Virus record (IMG/VR): IMGVR_UViG_3300028571_000071
Span: 1 to 32,072 of that record
Reading direction: 5' to 3' (one strand)
Origin: a virus
Taxonomy: Duplodnaviria; Caudoviricetes
Length of the DNA stretch: 32,072 nt
How positions within the stretch are numbered: position 1 is the stretch's first letter; every line of letters starts with the position of its first letter. The translations under genes and the position numbers were made by a program. A model generated the notes under the pieces. That model saw only the letters and a program-made list of their open reading frames with translations, was not told where the DNA came from and ran no database searches. Of this stretch, positions 27,683-32,072 are shown piece after piece.

Positions 27683-28011
27683 TCGCGCTCCACATAGAAT
27701 CCCAGGACATCACCGACGCGATCTGCACCGTGTCACTCATGGGGCCGCACGTCGAATCCGCCGCCGAGGCGGCATTCATCCAGTGGCTGCGCGAACGCGG
27801 CTACAACTGCGACAAAGCCGAGGATTGGGAAACGCCCCGCGAGCTTTGCGAACGGCTGCACATCGGCTGTTCCTTCGTCTCCCAGGCACTCCGCCGCCCA
27901 AACTGCCCGAAGCCGCTCGACATCTCGCGCGGCCCCACCGGCCGCATCACCTACCTCCGCAGCACACCGGCCCTAGACGCCTTCCTCACAAAACATAAGT
28001 CCCATTCCTAA
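27679..28011 (+). CDS. Hypothetical protein with C-terminal HTH-like motif
   Basis: RBS GGAGGGG before ATG; TPRELCERLHIG.SFVSQAL. Confidence 0.65.
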   Translation: MIALHIESQDITDAICTVSLMGPHVESAAEAAFIQWLRERGYNCDKAEDWETPRELCERLHIGCSFVSQALRRPNCPKPLDISRGPTGRITYLRSTPALDAFLTKHKSHS

Positions 28012-28027
28012 TTCCAAATTCCAAATT

Positions 28028-28303
28028 ATGAAAAAAACACCACCTGCCGCCACAAGCGGCCCGAACATGACCCGCGAATACCGCAAGGAACTTCGCGCAC
28101 TCGAAACCCAGATCCGCCGCGCCTCGCGCGACCAGATCCGCCACCACCGCGCCACCCAGCGCGCAATCGCCCGCATCGAAAACGAAGCCGTCAAGCAGAT
28201 CCGCGCCATCAAGCGCGAGTCCGCCAAGATCGACAAAGGCACCCTCAAGCAGATCGCCGCATTCGCCAAACGCCGCGACATCCTCATCGGGAGGCTCAGC
28301 TAA
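28028..28303 (+). CDS. Basic coiled-coil protein (91 aa)
   Basis: ORF with phage codon usage; TAATG coupling. Confidence 0.7.
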   Translation: MKKTPPAATSGPNMTREYRKELRALETQIRRASRDQIRHHRATQRAIARIENEAVKQIRAIKRESAKIDKGTLKQIAAFAKRRDILIGRLS

Positions 28304-28782
28304 TGAACCTCGCGCCTACCGTTGATCGCGGCCTCGAAATCCGCGCCCAGATCGAGCAGCTCAAAGAAGAACTCTCCCTCATCGAGAGCACGCTCGAACT
28401 CGCCGCCCGCAAGGGCGAGCAAATCGACCTCGAAGACCCCGACCGCGAAGGCCGCCAGTTCCTCGCCAGGGGCACAGAGGCCATCGTCCCCGTCGTCCTC
28501 ACCGCAGACATCATCCAGGGCACATTCGCGGACGGCTCCCAGGCCCATACGAAGATCGCCACGGCCGCCGTCGGAAGGCTCGCCGAGTTCTACTGGCCCA
28601 CCACCACATGGAAGCTCCTGGCAAAATCCGGAAAGGCATTCCGCATCGAAGCCGCCGCCATCCTCGGAGCCGCCGCACCGGCCCTGATCACCGCCGCCAT
28701 CGCCCGCGACAAAAACGGGATCCCGAAATCCCAGATCAAAGTCGAGTGGAACCGCGCCGAAGAACTGCCAACCGCCAACTGA
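28303..28782 (+). CDS. Hypothetical early protein (159 aa)
   Basis: Coupled ORF; N-terminal coiled coil. Confidence 0.75.
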   Translation: MNLAPTVDRGLEIRAQIEQLKEELSLIESTLELAARKGEQIDLEDPDREGRQFLARGTEAIVPVVLTADIIQGTFADGSQAHTKIATAAVGRLAEFYWPTTTWKLLAKSGKAFRIEAAAILGAAAPALITAAIARDKNGIPKSQIKVEWNRAEELPTAN

Positions 28783-28801
28783 AAACCGCCAACTTCTTCC
28801 T

Positions 28802-28984
28802 ATGACCATCGAGATCACGATCCGCGAGATCTACCAGCTCATGTTTTGCGTCTATTCGCTCGGGCTCCTCACCGTGCTCGTCGGCTACACGCTCATCCGG
28901 ATCTGGCACGATTCGCGCGAGAACCGCCGCCGCCGCGAGCAGTTCCGCATCCACCGCCGCACCCCCTACGGCATCCGCGTATGA
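28802..28984 (+). CDS. Small single-TM membrane protein
   Basis: Hydrophobic stretch followed by an Arg-rich tail. Confidence 0.6.
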   Translation: MTIEITIREIYQLMFCVYSLGLLTVLVGYTLIRIWHDSRENRRRREQFRIHRRTPYGIRV

Positions 28985-29103
28985 CCCTCCGCGCCCTCAA
29001 CTGTCTCCTGCTGCTCATCGCCCTGCGCGAGGGGCAGCGGGGACGTTGCTGGAGGCCACGTCATTCCTAATTCCACATTCCACATTTCGCATTTTTCCAC
29101 CCC

Positions 29104-29838
29104 ATGCTAACTCCCAAACAAGAACAGAAATACTGGCGGACGTGGGCGAAGATCCTCGCCTGCCAGGGATGGGCTCACGAGACGAGCGCGAAAAAGGACC
29201 AGCGCCGCTATGCCACGCACATCATGTGCGGGCTCAAGAGTGAGGATGGCACCGCCCGGTCCATGAAGTCTTTCGTGAACCGTGATTTCTCGCGCTGGCT
29301 GGCCGCTACAGCTCACTTGTGCGACGAGGTGGAGGTCAGAGACCGGGATCGCGAAAACTCGGTGTGGCGCATCCGGCAGGATGCCAGGGCAGCGGGGCTC
29401 AGCGACGAATATCTTGCCGCCATCGCCCGCGATGTCTTCGGAACGAACGACTGGTGCGGGCTACCAGGTGATCAACTCATCAAGTTCCGGAACACCATCC
29501 ATAACCGCGCCGGATCTCATACTGGACACGACACCCGCACCGAGGCACCCGCGCAACCCCGGCGCAAATACACGCTCGACGGCGGCAGCAGATCTTTCAG
29601 TTCCCCCGCACAAGACTCTACCACGCTAAAGGAGGAGCGGCCTATGACAACACGGCGGATAAAGCCCGCCACCGTGACAGGTCCGATCCCTGTTGTGCCT
29701 CCCTCCCGGCCGCTTGGCTACTGCATGCACGCGGTCAATCCTCCCACGGCCGCGCCATCGCCCGCGCGCGGCCTTCCTGCCGACATCATCATCAACGAGG
29801 TCGCCCACTTCGCCGATCCGGAGGACGAGCCGTTCTGA
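29104..29838 (+). CDS. Hypothetical protein, weakly Mu gp16/GemA-like
   Basis: RY...CGLKS...SMKSF and GLSDEYL..I...FG...L..DQL patterns; position in the early region. Confidence 0.55.
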   Translation: MLTPKQEQKYWRTWAKILACQGWAHETSAKKDQRRYATHIMCGLKSEDGTARSMKSFVNRDFSRWLAATAHLCDEVEVRDRDRENSVWRIRQDARAAGLSDEYLAAIARDVFGTNDWCGLPGDQLIKFRNTIHNRAGSHTGHDTRTEAPAQPRRKYTLDGGSRSFSSPAQDSTTLKEERPMTTRRIKPATVTGPIPVVPPSRPLGYCMHAVNPPTAAPSPARGLPADIIINEVAHFADPEDEPF

Positions 29839-29841
29839 ATT

Positions 29842-30195
29842 ATGGATGCCGCCGCGCTCGCAACACAGATGGACCTATGGCTCCGCACCCAGCCGCGCTG
29901 GGTCAGCGGTGCGGAGATCTGTGAGCGCTTTGGCGTCAACGAGCGCCGCCTGCGCTCAGCTAACGGCAAGCCCGGCCTCCTGTCCTTAAACTGTGTGAGC
30001 AGCTCCACCCAGGGGTTCAAGCACATCCGGTTCGCAGCCACGCAGGAATTTTTCGAGTGCGACAAAGAAGACCGTAAACACTGCATCTCCCGATACCTCA
30101 CCCTGCGAGCACGCCGCAATGCCTGGCGGAACGAGCGCACCGGCAAGCGCCCCGAGTTCCGCGAACTCCACACCGGCCAACTGGTTTTCGTATGA
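29842..30195 (+). CDS. Winged-HTH protein, candidate transcription regulator
   Basis: WVSGAEICERFGVNERRLR...SSSTQGF. Confidence 0.65.
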   Translation: MDAAALATQMDLWLRTQPRWVSGAEICERFGVNERRLRSANGKPGLLSLNCVSSSTQGFKHIRFAATQEFFECDKEDRKHCISRYLTLRARRNAWRNERTGKRPEFRELHTGQLVFV

Positions 30196-30383
30196 ATCGC
30201 AAACCCTCCCGCGAATGGACCCGCCGACTCTGTCCCTCCTGCGCCCACCGCGTGATACAGACCGAGTTCGGCTGGTTCTGCCGATCCGTCCTATGCAGGA
30301 GATCATGGTTCTCGAAGAAAAAACCGCCGAACGCTGCCGGTCAGAAATCGCTGGCTTTCGCGGAACCTCCGTTTGAAAGCTGA
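30192..30383 (+). CDS. Small Cys-rich (zinc-ribbon-like) protein ending inside attC-like site 1
   Basis: CPSC...WFC..LC; ATGA-coupled. Confidence 0.55.
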   Translation: MNRKPSREWTRRLCPSCAHRVIQTEFGWFCRSVLCRRSWFSKKKPPNAAGQKSLAFAEPPFES

Positions 30384-30446
30384 TATGACGCAACCATCCA
30401 TCTCAACACCCACTGGCCAGCGATTTCCTGGACCGGCTTGTTGGGC
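30326..30446 (-). mobile_element. attC-like recombination site 1 (121 bp)
   Basis: Minus strand: R'' GCCCAAC-AAGCC-L'' GGTCCAGG-AAATCGCTGGC...GCCAGCGATT-TCTGACC-GGCAGC-R' GTTCGGC; two extrahelical bases. Confidence 0.85.
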
Positions 30447-30485
30447 AGGCCGGAAAAGAGCGTCGAAAAAAGATGAAAATAGTTC

Positions 30486-30514
30486 TTGCAATCAAGACAA
30501 GGTTTGAATAAAGT
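30486..30514 (+). promoter_or_regulatory. Sigma70-like promoter inside cassette A
   Basis: TTGCAA-17-TAAAGT with an A-rich upstream tract, 9 nt before ATG 30524. Confidence 0.65.
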
Positions 30515-30523
30515 AAGGGCGTC

Positions 30524-30805
30524 ATGAAAAACAACACCAACACACGCTCAGAAAAATACGCAGCCCACAAATCCGCCGCCGCTTTCCTGCTGGCTCAACC
30601 CGCTACCACCTCACGGAAAAAAGCGATCCTCCTCGTGACAAACGCAGAGGGTCGGCTCATGGCCGACATCGAAAACGGTCGCCAGTGGGGTGGCCGCCGT
30701 GGAGTCAAGCAGAACGGCGGAAAAGCCATCGCCAAGACCGAAGAGACGGTCGCCGCGATGAAAACCCTCAACCTCAACGCCGCCGCGTGGTTCTCCCAGG
30801 CATGA
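30524..30805 (+). CDS. Hypothetical protein (93 aa), cassette A gene 1
   Basis: Follows its own promoter; ATGA-coupled to the next gene. Confidence 0.7.
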   Translation: MKNNTNTRSEKYAAHKSAAAFLLAQPATTSRKKAILLVTNAEGRLMADIENGRQWGGRRGVKQNGGKAIAKTEETVAAMKTLNLNAAAWFSQA

Positions 30806-31050
30806 ACTACCGGGATGCTTACGACCGCGCCGACTGGACGAAAACGGATGTCCAGTTGGCGCGAAAATTCGGAGTCACCAAGCAGGCAATCCAAGCTGCG
30901 CGTAGGGTCAGGGGCATCGCCCCGACTCCGCACGGAGGATTAAGGAAAGGCGCTGGCAGAAAGCCATCCAAAAAGCGCCGTAAAAAGAAATGCGCACCAC
31001 GGCGGCCCAACGGCGCGGATGAGAGGCAGCTACCGGAGGAAAAACTATGA
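30802..31050 (+). CDS. HTH protein with GGLRKGAGRKP basic motif, cassette A gene 2
   Basis: TDVQLARKFGVTKQAIQAARR; stop lies in the loop of site 2. Confidence 0.7.
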   Translation: MNYRDAYDRADWTKTDVQLARKFGVTKQAIQAARRVRGIAPTPHGGLRKGAGRKPSKKRRKKKCAPRRPNGADERQLPEEKL

Positions 31051-31125
31051 TCGAAAAACGGTATGAAAGCGGGCGAGGACCGAAAGAGAACAGCGGTAGC
31101 TGTTCTCTCGATCCGATGGTTCGGC
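31005..31125 (-). mobile_element. attC-like recombination site 2 (121 bp)
   Basis: Minus strand: R'' GCCGAAC-CATCG-GAT(C)GAGAG(A)ACAGCTACCG...CGGTAGCTGCCTCTCATCCG-CGCC-R' GTTGGGC. Confidence 0.85.
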
Positions 31126-31388
31126 AATCTTCGCGGCAACTCTCTGTGCGGGTAGTCCCTGCGCTGTTCCGCGCCGTCAATCGCCTGTGCGAGCGTGACG
31201 GAATCACCCTCACGGCATTCGTGACGGCCTGCGTGTGGTTCGAGGTGCGCCGCCGCGCCCCGGCCTGCCACGACTGCCAACCCGGAGCGGCAACCCCGGC
31301 ACTCAACCAGCATGGCGACTGTGCGACGTGCGACGGTCTGGGTGTTGTTTTGCCGAACGCTGGGCTATGCGACCGGGACCGCTCATAA
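31047..31388 (+). CDS. RHH-like domain plus CxxC...CxxC zinc finger, cassette B gene
   Basis: QLSVRV.PALFRAVNRLCERDGITLTAFV; CHDC, CATCDG; starts in site 2, stops in site 3. Confidence 0.65.
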   Translation: MIEKRYESGRGPKENSGSCSLDPMVRQSSRQLSVRVVPALFRAVNRLCERDGITLTAFVTACVWFEVRRRAPACHDCQPGAATPALNQHGDCATCDGLGVVLPNAGLCDRDRS

Positions 31389-31451
31389 TAGACTCCGCCA
31401 TGCAAAACAACCTTCCCAGCGGTCCCGGTTCGCATCAGCCACTTGTTGGCC
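31352..31451 (-). mobile_element. attC-like recombination site 3 (100 bp)
   Basis: Minus strand: R'' GGCCAAC-AAGTG-GCT(G)ATGCGA(A)CCGGGACCGCT...AGCGGTCCCGGTCGCATAGCC-CAGC-R' GTTCGGC. Confidence 0.85.
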
Positions 31452-32072
31452 CTCTTCCGGTTCCATACTACGACGACGGTCTCATCACGATCTTCTGTGG
31501 GGACTCCCGCCGTATCGTGCCAACGCTGCCGAAGTTCGACCTGCTGCTCACCGACCCACCGTATGGCATCAACATCGCCAAGACGGGCAAGTTAGGCAAG
31601 GCGCGGTATGAACCCGCCGAATGGGACGCGAAGCAGCCGGAGCCGTGGGAACTGCAAATGCTCATCTCAAGCTGCAAGGAATCCATCATCTGGGGCGGCA
31701 ATTACTACGAGCAACTCCGCCGTGCCACATGCTGGCTGGTGTGGGACAAGAAAAACGACGGCCTATCCTTCGCCGATGCAGAACTCGCCTGGACAAACCT
31801 GCGCCGCGCCGTGCGCATGTTCCGGTGGATGTGGCATGGCTTAAAGGAAGGTGGCCCCATCAAACGCGTCCACCCCACGCAAAAGCCGGTGCAACTGATG
31901 GAGTGGTGCATCGGCAAGGCCAACAAGCCGCAAAGTCTCCTCGACCCCTACATGGGCAGCGGATCGTCACTGATCGCCTGCCAGCAACTCGGCATCCGCG
32001 CCGTGGGCATCGACATGCACGAGCCCTACTGCGCTGCCGCCGTCGAACGGCTCCGCGATAATCGGGCCAACG
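31400..32072 (+). CDS. Orphan N6-A/N4-C DNA methyltransferase (beta class), cassette C gene, stop beyond the window
   Basis: Hand-translated: LLTDPPYG, WDK, HPTQKPV.LM, LDPYMGSGSS; missing from the ORF track because it has no stop. Confidence 0.92.
   Translation, partial: MQNNLPSGPGSHQPLVGPLPVPYYDDGLITIFCGDSRRIVPTLPKFDLLLTDPPYGINIAKTGKLGKARYEPAEWDAKQPEPWELQMLISSCKESIIWGGNYYEQLRRATCWLVWDKKNDGLSFADAELAWTNLRRAVRMFRWMWHGLKEGGPIKRVHPTQKPVQLMEWCIGKANKPQSLLDPYMGSGSSLIACQQLGIRAVGIDMHEPYCAAAVERLRDNRAN
32064..32072 (-). mobile_element. Core (R') of a probable fourth attC-like site, truncated by the window end
   Basis: GGGCCAAC is the exact reverse complement of GTTGGCCC at 31445-31452; AAC is in frame with the MTase. 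Confidence 0.6.

Larger units (their letters stand above)
1..32072. mobile_element. Transposable Mu-like phage/prophage with a siphovirus-type tail (ends outside the window)
   Basis: MuA/MuB pair, gp25-28-like block, complete head and tail modules. Confidence 0.92.

Noticed and set aside
30175-30272. Possible fifth, degenerate attC-like site (GGCCAAC...GTTCGGC); its GTTCGGC matches the site 1 core and an ATGA junction lies between
   Set aside because: The arms do not pair convincingly and the AAC is out of frame, unlike the other four; could be a decayed site but is not supportable
30326-31451. Reading the three palindromes as rho-independent terminators, REPs or a CRISPR array
   Set aside because: No U-tracts, long loops, no shared primary sequence, gene-sized spacing, and conserved bulges plus AAC/GTT cores fit attC better
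31608-32061. ORF-track calls 31608..31844 and 31621..32061
   Set aside because: Wrong frames; the frame starting at 31400 carries all the methyltransferase motifs
1-32072. Mu-type ends (TG...CA with transposase-binding repeats), integron integrase, tRNA/rRNA and a firm host assignment
   Set aside because: None is recognisable; both edges fall inside phage genes. A Verrucomicrobia-like host is only an impression and needs a database search

Overview
The whole window is the interior of a transposable (Mu-like) temperate phage or prophage, with two divergent arms as in B3/BcepMu. The left ~21.7 kb (minus strand) is the late operon: holin-like genes, a GH108 endolysin, Mu gp25/26/27-like genes, terminase, a portal fused to a MuF/gp7 domain, an HK97-type protease and capsid, neck genes, a fibre cassette and a non-contractile tail. 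The switch at 22.5-23.1 kb is two divergent ribbon-helix-helix genes rather than HTH repressor/Ner. The right arm (plus strand) carries a MuA-like transposase, a MuB-like ATPase and small early genes. The most striking feature is at 30.3-32.07 kb: three complete integron attC-like sites plus the first core of a fourth, all inverted relative to the genes. Each cassette's two core ends match each other, not their own hairpin partner, which is the signature of past cassette exchange. Every gene crosses the crossover AAC in frame and takes its stop codon from the next site, whose loop also holds the next start codon. This looks like a phage-borne, frame-preserving cassette shuffling system. No integrase, phage ends, CRISPR or RNA genes are visible. 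All family assignments come from motif recognition and gene order, not from database searches.
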